64,000 bases of DNA from Flavobacteriales bacterium (GTDB lineage Bacteria > Bacteroidota > Bacteroidia > Flavobacteriales > TMED113). Positions 39,078 to 48,581 of this stretch are shown here, piece after piece (the stretch's first letter is position 1; each line of letters opens with the position of its first letter). The position numbers were made by a program, and so were the translations under genes. The DNA is taken from contig PBGD01000022.1 of assembly GCA_002718895.1 (NCBI GenBank), positions 5,220 to 69,219 of the forward strand, in the 5' to 3' direction. Below the pieces are notes generated by a model. The model saw only the letters and a list, made by a program, of their open reading frames with translations, had not been told where the DNA came from and ran no database searches.

Positions 39078-40055
39078 ATGATATTAGCAATAATTGGAAC
39101 AACAGGTCTAGTTGGTAGAGAAATAATAAAAGTTTTAGAAGAAAAAAATATAAAAAAAATAAAAAGCTTTCTTTTTGTTGCTACAAATAAAAATGTAGGA
39201 AAAAAAATCAAGTTTCTAGAAAAAGAGAAAAAAATAATTTCAATAAATGAGGCAATAAAAGCTAAACCAAATTTTGTTATTTTTTCAGCAGGGTCAAAAA
39301 CAGCAAAAAAATACGCTCACAAGTTCACCGCAAAAGGAGCTGTAGTAATAGACAACTCCTCTGCCTTTAGAATGGAAAAAAAAGTAAAATTAATTGTTCC
39401 AGAAGTAAACATTAAAGAATTAACAAAAACCGAAAAAATTATATCGAACCCCAATTGCTCAACAATACAACTGGTCCTTGTAATAAACAAAATAAATGAA
39501 TTATTAAAAATAAAAAGAATGATTATTTCAACCTACCAAGCGGTAAGTGGATCGGGAAAAATGGCCCTTAATCAGTTAAATAAAGAAGAAGAAAACAAAA
39601 AATCAAAAAAAATATATCCAAAAAAAATTCACAGAAACATAATTCCACAATGTGACGATTTTTTAAAAAATGGATACACAAAGGAAGAAGATAAAATCAT
39701 AAAAGAAACAAACAAAATACTAAAAACAAACATAAAAATAACCGCAACAGCCGTGAGGGTTCCTACAATAGGGGGTCATGGAGAAAGCGTAAATATAGAA
39801 ACCAAAGAAAAAATAGATATTGATAAAGTGATATCAACACTTAAAAGACAAAAGGGAATAGTGGTAAGTAAAAAAAATGAATACATTACCCCATTAGAAG
39901 CCAGGGGAAAAAACGAAGTTTTTGTTTCAAGAATAAGAAGAGACCACTCTATAAAGAACGGCATAAACATGTGGATTGTTGCAGACCCCTTAAGAAAAGG
40001 AGCTGCAACAAACACAGTTCAAATTTTGAATCACATGATTAATATAAAAGAGTAG
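39078..40055 (+). CDS. asd: Aspartate-semialdehyde dehydrogenase
   Basis: 325 aa with ..IIGTTGLVGRE.. (NADP site), active-site ..SNPNCSTIQ.. and ..AVRVPT..GH... The product is very Lys-rich (54 of 325 by hand count). Confidence 0.9.
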   Translation: MILAIIGTTGLVGREIIKVLEEKNIKKIKSFLFVATNKNVGKKIKFLEKEKKIISINEAIKAKPNFVIFSAGSKTAKKYAHKFTAKGAVVIDNSSAFRMEKKVKLIVPEVNIKELTKTEKIISNPNCSTIQLVLVINKINELLKIKRMIISTYQAVSGSGKMALNQLNKEEENKKSKKIYPKKIHRNIIPQCDDFLKNGYTKEEDKIIKETNKILKTNIKITATAVRVPTIGGHGESVNIETKEKIDIDKVISTLKRQKGIVVSKKNEYITPLEARGKNEVFVSRIRRDHSIKNGINMWIVADPLRKGAATNTVQILNHMINIKE

Positions 40056-42282
40056 AAGCCTTTTTATTATCAACACGATCAGAGACAACAACCTCCTTTG
40101 CATCTAAATCTGTTGACGTGTGTTTTTTAGCGGCATCATCAGAAACCCTTATGTGAGGAGCAATCACTAAAGCAACAATACTCATCAGCTTTATTAAAAT
40201 ATTCATAGAAGGACCTGACGTGTCTTTAAACGGATCACCAACAGTGTCACCAGTTACAGAAGCCTTGTGGTCTTCGGAACCCTTTTCACCACTAGCTTCT
40301 ATAGATTTTTTAGCATTATCCCAAGCTCCGCCAGCATTATTTTGAAAAATACCCATTAAAACCCCCGATACGGTGACACCAGCAAGCAATCCACCTAAAA
40401 CCTCAGGGCCAAAGCAAAAACCAACAACAATAGGCACAACAAGAGGAATTGCCCCAGGCAATATCATTTCTCTTATAGAAGCTTTTGTAGAAATTTCAAC
40501 ACATTTTTCATATTCAGGAACAGCCTTACCCTCCATTATACCCGGAATCTCTTTGAACTGGCGACGAACCTCCATAACCATATCCATAGCAGCTCTACCG
40601 ACAGCAGCAATCGCTAAGGCTGAAAAAATAAAAGGAATCATGGCCCCCACAAACAGGGCCGCTAAAACATTAGCCTTATATATATCAATAGAGGAAATAC
40701 CAGCCAAACCAACAAAAGCAGCAAATAGAGCCAAGGCTGTTAATGCAGCCGAGGCAATAGCAAACCCCTTTCCAGCAGCAGCTGTTGTGTTACCAACAGC
40801 ATCAAGATTGTCAGTTCTTTCCCGAACCTCTTTTGGCAAACCACTCATTTCAGCAATCCCTCCCGCATTATCAGCAATGGGACCAAAAGCATCAATTGCC
40901 AACTGCATAGCGGTTGTGGCCATCATCCCTGCAGCCGCAATAGCAACACCATAAAGGCCAGCAAAACAAAAGGAAACAACGATTCCTGCGGCAAGAATCA
41001 AAATTGGAATAACTGTAGACTCCATACCAACAGCAAGCCCACCAATTATATTTGTTGCATGACCAGTTTCAGACTGCTTAACAATAGAGTTTACAGGACG
41101 TTTCCCCATAGACGTGTAGTACTCTGTTACAATTGACATTAACCCACCAACGGCAAGCCCAGTAAAAATAGCCCAAAAAACTCCCATTTTAGTGAAAAGG
41201 GCACCATCTCGAATTCCCACATCACCTGAAGGCAACATAAAATCAACTAAAAAATAAGAAGCTATTAAAGTTAAAACAATAGACAACCAATTACCCAAAT
41301 TTAAAGCAGCCTGAACAGAGCCACTCTCATTTTTTATTTTTACAAAAGCAGCGCCAACAATAGAAAAAATCAAACCCAAACCAGCAATAACCATGGGAAG
41401 CAAAATAAATGGCATAGATGGATACAAAGTAACACCATCAACCAACAAACTAATAACTTCACCCTGGTCTGAGTAAACCATAATTTCTCTACCTAGCACC
41501 ATGGTGGCTAAAATGGTTGCAACATATGAACCAAAAAGGTCAGCACCCATTCCAGCAACATCTCCCACATTATCTCCTACATTATCTGCAATTGTGGCGG
41601 GGTTTCTAGGGTCATCTTCGGGAATACCAGCCTCAACTTTCCCAACAAGATCAGCTCCGACATCAGCAGCTTTTGTATAAATTCCACCGCCCACTCTTGC
41701 AAATAGTGCAATAGATTCAGCACCTAAAGAAAAACCAGCCAAAACTTCAAGGGCAATTTCCATGTTATGAGGATCCACAAAGTTACCAACGGCAGCAGAA
41801 TACATGTAGTTAAACAAAATAAAAAGACTACCTAAACCAAAAACAGCCAAGCCAGCAACACCTAGCCCCATAACTGTACCACCAGTAAACGAAACCCGCA
41901 ATGCTTTAGCAAGACTGGTTCTGGCAGCCTGAGTTGTTCTCACATTTGCTTTTGTGGCAATATTCATACCAAAATATCCAGCTAAGGCAGAAAAAACAGC
42001 ACCAATTACAAAAGAAACAGCAATATAAGGAGTAGAAGTTTCAATAAGTGTTCCAGACCAAGCCAAAAGAGAAGCTGCAATTATGGAAAAAACAGACAAA
42101 ACCCTCCATTCCGCAACCAAAAAAGCCATGGCCCCCTTGGCGATATGATCAGATAAATCAACCATTTTTTTGTCTCCAGGATCTTGCCTAGACACCCAAG
42201 AAGACTTTATAAACATAAAAATTAAACCAATTACCCCAAGAGCAGGAGCAATGTAAATAAAGTTTTGAGATAAAAATTCCAT
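40039..42282 (-). CDS. hppA: Membrane-bound ion-translocating pyrophosphatase (K+-dependent-type signature)
   Basis: 747 aa and polytopic, with ..[32 protein letters not shown].., ..DNVGDNVGD.. and ..[13 protein letters not shown].. (Ala at the K+-dependence position). The hydrophilic C-terminal tail overlaps the asd 3' end by 17 nt. Confidence 0.95.
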   Translation of the reverse strand: MEFLSQNFIYIAPALGVIGLIFMFIKSSWVSRQDPGDKKMVDLSDHIAKGAMAFLVAEWRVLSVFSIIAASLLAWSGTLIETSTPYIAVSFVIGAVFSALAGYFGMNIATKANVRTTQAARTSLAKALRVSFTGGTVMGLGVAGLAVFGLGSLFILFNYMYSAAVGNFVDPHNMEIALEVLAGFSLGAESIALFARVGGGIYTKAADVGADLVGKVEAGIPEDDPRNPATIADNVGDNVGDVAGMGADLFGSYVATILATMVLGREIMVYSDQGEVISLLVDGVTLYPSMPFILLPMVIAGLGLIFSIVGAAFVKIKNESGSVQAALNLGNWLSIVLTLIASYFLVDFMLPSGDVGIRDGALFTKMGVFWAIFTGLAVGGLMSIVTEYYTSMGKRPVNSIVKQSETGHATNIIGGLAVGMESTVIPILILAAGIVVSFCFAGLYGVAIAAAGMMATTAMQLAIDAFGPIADNAGGIAEMSGLPKEVRERTDNLDAVGNTTAAAGKGFAIASAALTALALFAAFVGLAGISSIDIYKANVLAALFVGAMIPFIFSALAIAAVGRAAMDMVMEVRRQFKEIPGIMEGKAVPEYEKCVEISTKASIREMILPGAIPLVVPIVVGFCFGPEVLGGLLAGVTVSGVLMGIFQNNAGGAWDNAKKSIEASGEKGSEDHKASVTGDTVGDPFKDTSGPSMNILIKLMSIVALVIAPHIRVSDDAAKKHTSTDLDAKEVVVSDRVDNKKASTLLY

Positions 42283-42346
42283 AAGTAAATAATTTATTTA
42301 TATTAAGTTTGGCAAATATAAAAAACAAAGAGAAAGAAAAAAAAAG

Positions 42347-42907
42347 CTATTCACTAAAAGACACGTCTCGATAAACAAATAATAAAATAAAAGCCCCAAT
42401 AGTTATTGAACAGTCCGCAATATTGAAAATATATCCAAAAAACAAAAATTCTTGCCCCCCAATAATAGGCAGCCATTTCGGATAAAAGCCCTCAAAAAGT
42501 GGGAAATATAGAAAATCAACAACTTTACCAAAAAACAAAGGGGAATAATCAAAAACCAAACCATAAAAAACACTATCAATTATGTTTCCAATTGCACCAG
42601 AAAAAATCAACAACATCGAAAACGACCCCCAACAAACCCCCTTTACATTAACAACCCTAATTAACCATTTAAAAAGAAAAAAAGAAAAAACAATCCTAAA
42701 CAGAGTTAAAAAAAACTTACCCCAATAACCAAAAAGCTCCAAACCAAAAGCAAAACCGTTATTTTCAACAAAATAAATCAAAAACCAGGGGAAAACCTCC
42801 AAATGATCACCGACCCCCATATTAAGACGCACAATAATTTTACTTGTTTGATCAAAAAAAAGAATTAAAAAAATAAGAGAATAAAACCAAAAAAACCTTG
42901 ATCCCAC
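42347..42907 (-). CDS. lspA: Lipoprotein signal peptidase II
   Basis: 186 aa with 4 TM, ..VENNGFAFG.. and ..IFNIADCSITIG... GTG start. Confidence 0.85.
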   Translation of the reverse strand: MGSRFFWFYSLIFLILFFDQTSKIIVRLNMGVGDHLEVFPWFLIYFVENNGFAFGLELFGYWGKFFLTLFRIVFSFFLFKWLIRVVNVKGVCWGSFSMLLIFSGAIGNIIDSVFYGLVFDYSPLFFGKVVDFLYFPLFEGFYPKWLPIIGGQEFLFFGYIFNIADCSITIGAFILLFVYRDVSFSE

Positions 42908-42914
42908 TCAGAAT

Positions 42915-43307
42915 TTATTTAGATTTTGACTTTGCCTCAATACTTAGTGTGGCATGGGGAACTAATTTTAAACGATCTTTTGCAATTAGTTTGCCGGTTT
43001 CTCTACAAATACCATAAGTTTTATTTTCAATTCGTATCAAAGCATTTTTAAGATCACGTATAAACTTTTCTTGCCTGGAGGCCAAAAGGGTGTTTGACTC
43101 TTTTGACAAAGTTTCAGAACCCTCCTCAAAAGACTTGAAAGAGGAATATGTGTCGTCTGTACCATTAGAGGACGCGTTACTATAAGAGTCTTTTAAAAGT
43201 TGTAAGTCCTTTTGAGCAGACTCAATTTTTAAAATAATAAGCTTTTTAAATTTTTCTAGCTCAATGTCTGAATATCTCTTTGAAATCCCTTTTTTCATTA
43301 CTGACAT
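42915..43307 (-). CDS. DksA/TraR-family protein with degenerate (single-Cys) zinc finger
   Basis: 130 aa with a coiled-coil N-terminal half and C-terminal ..YGICRETGKLIAKDRLKLVPHATLSIEAK... It sits between ileS and lspA, as is usual in Bacteroidota. Confidence 0.7.
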   Translation of the reverse strand: MSVMKKGISKRYSDIELEKFKKLIILKIESAQKDLQLLKDSYSNASSNGTDDTYSSFKSFEEGSETLSKESNTLLASRQEKFIRDLKNALIRIENKTYGICRETGKLIAKDRLKLVPHATLSIEAKSKSK

Positions 43308-46300
43308 AATTGAATTGCAATATACATTTTATAATCCTTAAATTCAAAAAGAGAGCTGTTTTTTAAAGGGGCTTTAGAAACAACAAGCTCAACTCCCAAA
43401 ACCTCCTCTAAAATATAGTTTTTATGCTTTATTAAAGGGGCTATACTTTTTTCATCTCCTGATACAAAGATGTTAATTTTGTTCATGACATCAAGATTGT
43501 TCTCTTTTCTTGTGTTTTGTATTCTGTTTACAACCTCTCGAGACAAGCCCTCAGCCAAAAGTTCTTCGTTCAACGATGTGTTTAAAACAATAAGAGCATT
43601 TTCATTTTTAGCTGTTGACAAGCCGGGTTTTTCCACAATTTTAACCAATAAATCATTGGGTAAAAAAACAAAATCTTGTTCCCCAACTTTGGCAGAAATA
43701 GTACCATTCTTAATGTATTGGTCACACTCTTTCTCCCCAAAATCACGAACAACACCCAATACATCTTTCATAATAGCACCAGCTCTCTTGCCAAGAACAG
43801 GAAAGTTAACAACCAAATTTCTTTTCACAGAACCATCAGCGGCTTCACTAAAAAGAACAGATTTAACATTTATTTCAGATTTTATTATGTCTATAAAAAC
43901 AGGGTCCAAACATCCCCCACTTTGCAAACAAACATCAATTGATTTAAGGGGTTGCCTTACCCTGATCCCTTGTTTTTTTCTAATAGATAAAGCTAACGAA
44001 CAAATACCTTTTGTTATCCTCATGTTTTTTTCCAAATCAGAAAAAAAACAATCTTCTTGAAAGGGTGGAAAGTCGGATAAATGTACAGACTGCGCAGAAT
44101 CTTTATTGGCAACATTATTTAAATCTAAGAAAAGCCTGTCCATAAAAAAGGGAGCAATGGGTGAGGCTATTTTTGAAACATTAACCAAGCACTCAAAAAG
44201 AGTTTGGTAGGCAGATATTTTTTCTTGGTCATATTCTCCCTTCCAAAAACGTCGCCGGCACAAACGAATATACCAGTTACTTAGTTTTTCAACCACAAAA
44301 AACTGTATTTGTCTACCCGCCAAAGTAGGCTCATAATCATTATAATAATCCCCAACTGATTTAATTAGCGAGTTTGTTTCAGAAATGATCCACCGATCTA
44401 AAAGATGCCGTTTTGAAACAGGAATTGGATCCTCGTTAAACACAAATCCATCAATGTTTGCATATAGAGCAAAGAATGAATACACATTGTGTAGGGTGCT
44501 AAATAATTTTTGTTTAACCTCAACTACACCATCTAGATTGAACTTTAAATTATCCCAGGGCTGAGCATTTGTAATCATATACCAACGAATAGTATCTGCA
44601 CCATGTTTTGTAAAAACATCGAAGGGGTCAACAGAGTTTCCAAGGCGCTTAGACATTTTTTGACCCAGGGAATCTAAAACTAAACCATTTGAAATAACAT
44701 TCTTAAAAGCAACACTGTCAAAACACATCACACCAATTGCATGAAGAGTAAAAAACCACCCCCTTGTTTGATCTACACCTTCAGCTATAAAGTCGGCAGG
44801 AAAAAAATCACCAGAATCTATTAACTCTTTATTTTCAAAAGGGTAGTGCCATTGGGCGTAGGGCATCGAACCAGAGTCAAACCAAACATCTAACACATCC
44901 GGATCTCTAAACATTTTTAAACCACTTTTAGACGTGAGCACAATTTTATCAACAACATTTTTGTGTAGGTCAAATATATCATAATTAGCCTCAGACATAT
45001 CTCCAGGAACAAAATCTTTTAAGGGATTACTATCCATATTACCAGACAAAAAAGATTTTTCACATTCCAACTTTAGCTCCTCGACAGAACCAACACACAA
45101 AACCTCACTTCCATCCTCACTTTTCCAAAGAGGAATGGGTATACCCCAAAATCTAGATCTAGAAACATTCCAGTCATTTAAATTTTCAAGCCAATTTTGA
45201 AACCTACCCTCACCAGTACTTTGGGGTTTCCAGTTAATTTCTTTGTTTTTTTCAACCAGCTTGGCTTTAAAATCAGTTGTTTTAATAAACCATGAATTAA
45301 GTGGGTAGTATAGTATAGGTTTATCTGTTCGCCAACAATGAGGATAACTATGAGTATATTTTTCAGACTTAAATGCAAGCCCCATCTTTTTAAGCATAAC
45401 AACTATATCCACATCAACACTTGGGTGGTTTTCAGATGAAGAAAACTCACTTTTAACAAACCTGCCACCAAATTCTTCACCAAGTTCACTAACAAACCTC
45501 CCTCGCTCATCCACAATCGGCACAAGAGAATCGGGTTTATTTTTGCTCTTTATTAACATGGGGGGAAGGTTATTTTTTTTAGCCACATTAAAATCATCAG
45601 CACCAAAAGTGGGAGCCAGGTGAACAATCCCAGTACCACTCTCTGTAGTTACAAAGTCAGCTTCAATAACCCGAAAAGCTTCGCCGCCGTTTCCCTCTGG
45701 CTGGACATTTTTCAAAAGTTGATCGTATCTAAGCCCAACCAAATCCAAACCTTTGCATTTAGATAAAATAGAATAATTTTTGTCGGAGTTTTTTAATATA
45801 AGCCTATTGGTTTTTTCGTCAAAAATTTTATCTAAACAGTCTTCGGCACAAATAATAACCATAGGCTTAGAGGTGAAGGGGTTGGTTGTCTGAACATATA
45901 AGTAGTTAATGTTTTTACCCACAGCTAAGCCGGTATTAGCAAATAATGTCCAGGGCGTGGTTGTCCACGCTACAAAATAGACATCTAAACTTGTTTTAAA
46001 TTTGGGCTTAATTACTTTAAACAACGCAAACACACTAAGGTCCTTAACCTGTTTATAACACCCCGGCTGATTAAGCTCGTGAGAACTTAACCCTGTGCCT
46101 GCTGCTGGCGAATATGGTTGAATAGTATAACCCCGATATAAAAGTTTTTTATTAAACAACCTTTTAATCAAAAACCAAACGCTCTCTATATATTTGTTTT
46201 TATAAGTTATATATGCAGTATTTGTATCTACCCAGTAGCCCATTTTTTCTGTTAATTCGTTCCAAGAACGAGTGTATCTCATAACAGTTTTTTTACACTC

Positions 46301-46657
46301 TTCATTATATTTAGAAATAGATATGTTTTTACCAATATCTTCTTTGCTAATTCCCAATTGTTTTTCCACACTTAACTCAACAGGTAATCCATGTGTGTCC
46401 CAACCAGCTTTTCTGTCCACACGAAATCCACGAAGAGTTTTATATCTACAAAAAATATCTTTTATTAATCTTGCCATAACATGGTGAATGCCGGGTAAAC
46501 CATTAGCAGACGGGGGGCCCTCAAAAAAAACAAATCGATTATTAGAACTTTTTGAGCTTATGCTTTTTTGAAATATGTTTTTTTGTTTCCAAAAGGAATT
46601 AACTTCGGAACAAACTTTTACCAAATCTAATTTTTTATATTCTGAAAACATTCTCAA
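43298..46657 (-). CDS. ileS: Isoleucine--tRNA ligase (long, type 2)
   Basis: 1119 aa with a HIGH-type motif ..PGIHHVMAR.. and KMSKS as ..QKMSKRLGN... Class I editing-domain architecture. Confidence 0.95.
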   Translation of the reverse strand: MRMFSEYKKLDLVKVCSEVNSFWKQKNIFQKSISSKSSNNRFVFFEGPPSANGLPGIHHVMARLIKDIFCRYKTLRGFRVDRKAGWDTHGLPVELSVEKQLGISKEDIGKNISISKYNEECKKTVMRYTRSWNELTEKMGYWVDTNTAYITYKNKYIESVWFLIKRLFNKKLLYRGYTIQPYSPAAGTGLSSHELNQPGCYKQVKDLSVFALFKVIKPKFKTSLDVYFVAWTTTPWTLFANTGLAVGKNINYLYVQTTNPFTSKPMVIICAEDCLDKIFDEKTNRLILKNSDKNYSILSKCKGLDLVGLRYDQLLKNVQPEGNGGEAFRVIEADFVTTESGTGIVHLAPTFGADDFNVAKKNNLPPMLIKSKNKPDSLVPIVDERGRFVSELGEEFGGRFVKSEFSSSENHPSVDVDIVVMLKKMGLAFKSEKYTHSYPHCWRTDKPILYYPLNSWFIKTTDFKAKLVEKNKEINWKPQSTGEGRFQNWLENLNDWNVSRSRFWGIPIPLWKSEDGSEVLCVGSVEELKLECEKSFLSGNMDSNPLKDFVPGDMSEANYDIFDLHKNVVDKIVLTSKSGLKMFRDPDVLDVWFDSGSMPYAQWHYPFENKELIDSGDFFPADFIAEGVDQTRGWFFTLHAIGVMCFDSVAFKNVISNGLVLDSLGQKMSKRLGNSVDPFDVFTKHGADTIRWYMITNAQPWDNLKFNLDGVVEVKQKLFSTLHNVYSFFALYANIDGFVFNEDPIPVSKRHLLDRWIISETNSLIKSVGDYYNDYEPTLAGRQIQFFVVEKLSNWYIRLCRRRFWKGEYDQEKISAYQTLFECLVNVSKIASPIAPFFMDRLFLDLNNVANKDSAQSVHLSDFPPFQEDCFFSDLEKNMRITKGICSLALSIRKKQGIRVRQPLKSIDVCLQSGGCLDPVFIDIIKSEINVKSVLFSEAADGSVKRNLVVNFPVLGKRAGAIMKDVLGVVRDFGEKECDQYIKNGTISAKVGEQDFVFLPNDLLVKIVEKPGLSTAKNENALIVLNTSLNEELLAEGLSREVVNRIQNTRKENNLDVMNKINIFVSGDEKSIAPLIKHKNYILEEVLGVELVVSKAPLKNSSLFEFKDYKMYIAIQLCQ

Positions 46658-46663
46658 ACTTGG

Positions 46664-47077
46664 TTATAGTGTTGCAATTACCTTAAGCTCAATAGCAATA
46701 GGGGTGGGTAAACAATTCACCTCAACAGTAGTTCTGGTGGGCATAGTATTAGAAAAATACTTTGCATATACCTCATTATATGTTTCAAAGTCATTTTTCA
46801 TGTTTGTTAAAAAAACAGTTACATCAACAATTTTTGTCCAATCAGATCCTGAGTCATTTAAAATTTGCTTTATATTGTTAAAAACAGACACACACTGCTT
46901 CTCAATATCATAACTAACAACTTGGCCTTCTGGTCCTAAATTTACGCCAGGGATTTGTTTCGAGCCCCTTACTCTAGGACCTACACCAGACAAAAAAAGT
47001 AAGTTTCCAACTTTTTTTGCATGAGGATAAGATCCGACAGGGGGAGGGGCATTCATAGAGCTAAAGGTATGTTTCAT
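46664..47077 (-). CDS. RidA/YjgF-family protein (candidate 2-aminomuconate / enamine-imine deaminase)
   Basis: 137 aa with YjgF-like ..PPPVGSYPHAKKVGNLLFLSGV.. and ..ARTTVEV... Lies next to the aminomuconate-semialdehyde dehydrogenase-like gene. Confidence 0.75.
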   Translation of the reverse strand: MKHTFSSMNAPPPVGSYPHAKKVGNLLFLSGVGPRVRGSKQIPGVNLGPEGQVVSYDIEKQCVSVFNNIKQILNDSGSDWTKIVDVTVFLTNMKNDFETYNEVYAKYFSNTMPTRTTVEVNCLPTPIAIELKVIATL

Positions 47078-47106
47078 GTTAATAAATTTTAAGAATTTTA
47101 AATATA

Positions 47107-48561
47107 TTATTTATTGTCGTCCTTTTCAATCTTAAAACAAACATTTTTTGTTTCTGTAAAAAAATCCAATGAATAATACCCCCCCTCTCTACCAAGACCA
47201 GAACCTTTCATCCCACCAAACGGTATCCTTAAGTCCCTAAGTAACCATGTGTTTATCCACACAACTCCAGCATTAATTTTTGCAGCTACACGGTTTGCTT
47301 TAGAAATATTTTGAGAGAAAATCGAAGCTGACAACCCATACTTTACATCATTACACATTTTAATTAAATCTTTTTCATTTTTAAAAGGCATAATTGTAAC
47401 TACTGGACCAAAAACCTCTTCCTGATTTATTGAATCAGTGTTTTTTGTGTTTAACAAAACTGTGGGCTCCATAAAGTAACCACTAGAAAGATCCCCCGGT
47501 AAAACCACCTTTTTCCCACCAGCCGCTACTATTGCACCATTTTTAATGGCATTTTCTATTTTAGAAAAAATTGAATTAAGGTGCTTCTCTGAAACAATTG
47601 CCCCTAAATTGGTGCTAACCTCTTTGGGACATCCAACCTTAAGCATTTTCGCCTCTTTTATAAAAGATTTTTTAAACGAATCATATATAGATTCTTCCAC
47701 AAAAACCCTTGAGCCACACAAGCAAATTTGACCCTGATTCAAAAATGCAGATTTGACCGAGTTTTTTACTGATAAGTCGAAGTCGGCATCACCAAATACA
47801 ATGGTTGGGTTTTTACCACCCAACTCAAGAGAACATTTTTTGAAATCATGGGCCGCATTTGCAGCAACAAGTCTTCCTGTGTCAGTGCCTCCAGTAAATG
47901 AAACCACATCACAATTTTTAACAATAGACGCCCCAACAATATCACCTTGTCCATGTACAATATTTATTACACCCTCAGGAAAACCAATATCAATGCAAAT
48001 TTCACTAAACAAATATGCGGTGTAAGGTGTGATTTCGGAGGGTTTCGCCACTACAGTGTTTCCAGCTGCTAAGGCAGGTGCTATTTTCCATGTTAATAGG
48101 TAGAGTGGAAGATTCCAAGGAGATATGCACCCAGCAACACCAATTGGCTGTTTAATTGTATAATTCATAGCCTCACCATCCATATTATGAGACTTTGAGT
48201 CAAGGTGTAATATGGCAGTTGCAAAAAATCTCAAATTAGCAGCACATCTTGGAATATCAATTTTTTTGGCCAACCATTCAGGTTTACCGTTGTCTAAACT
48301 TTCAGCTAAAGCTAATTTTTCTAAATTTTTGTCTATTGCATCGGCAAGCTTCATCAACCAACCATACCTGTATTCACGCGTTGATGAACCCCAATTTTCA
48401 AAAGACCTTTTCGCACAATTTATTGCAGCACTTACGTCATCTTCGGAACCAACAGGAACTAGAGAATAGGGCTTTCCGTTAGAGGGGCAATAATTATCCA
48501 TATATTTGCCATCGACAGGATTAACTAACTTTCCCCCAATATAATTGCATATTTTTTCCAT
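47107..48561 (-). CDS. NAD-dependent aldehyde dehydrogenase (2-aminomuconate-6-semialdehyde dehydrogenase-like by context)
   Basis: 484 aa with ..VVAKPSEITP.., ..LELGGKNP.. and catalytic Cys ..NQGQICLCGSR... Substrate is inferred only from neighbours. Confidence 0.8.
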   Translation of the reverse strand: MEKICNYIGGKLVNPVDGKYMDNYCPSNGKPYSLVPVGSEDDVSAAINCAKRSFENWGSSTREYRYGWLMKLADAIDKNLEKLALAESLDNGKPEWLAKKIDIPRCAANLRFFATAILHLDSKSHNMDGEAMNYTIKQPIGVAGCISPWNLPLYLLTWKIAPALAAGNTVVAKPSEITPYTAYLFSEICIDIGFPEGVINIVHGQGDIVGASIVKNCDVVSFTGGTDTGRLVAANAAHDFKKCSLELGGKNPTIVFGDADFDLSVKNSVKSAFLNQGQICLCGSRVFVEESIYDSFKKSFIKEAKMLKVGCPKEVSTNLGAIVSEKHLNSIFSKIENAIKNGAIVAAGGKKVVLPGDLSSGYFMEPTVLLNTKNTDSINQEEVFGPVVTIMPFKNEKDLIKMCNDVKYGLSASIFSQNISKANRVAAKINAGVVWINTWLLRDLRIPFGGMKGSGLGREGGYYSLDFFTETKNVCFKIEKDDNK

Positions 48562-48581
48562 ATATAAAAAACCATATATAT

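Noticed and set aside
34300-40055. The low-GC block read as a horizontally acquired island or a chimeric assembly.
   Set aside because: GC declines and recovers gradually rather than at sharp borders. The genes are core housekeeping (uvrC, asd). No integrase, tRNA, direct-repeat borders or mobility genes are present. A mis-join cannot be fully excluded without reads and is listed as a refutation test.
40373-40954. 193-aa ORF on the + strand inside hppA. Similar long antisense ORFs occur at 43470-44060 (ileS), 60716-61213 (sufB), 5448-5915 (EnvC-like), 31727-32170 (lysS), 27855-28253 (ALDH7), 11105-11518 (flippase), 17292-17696 (atpE/atpF) and 19446-19757 (bactofilin).
   Set aside because: All lie entirely antisense to ORFs with strong family signatures. 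Their products are low-complexity (Ala/Pro/Ser/Ile/Phe-rich mirror images) with no recognisable motif. These are typical shadow ORFs.
47253-47261. Perfect DnaA-box-like nonamer TTATCCACA.
   Set aside because: It is a single copy inside the aldehyde dehydrogenase coding sequence. There is no cluster of boxes, no adjacent AT-rich unwinding element and no dnaA/dnaN nearby. The direction of the strand-composition switch also fits a terminus rather than an origin.
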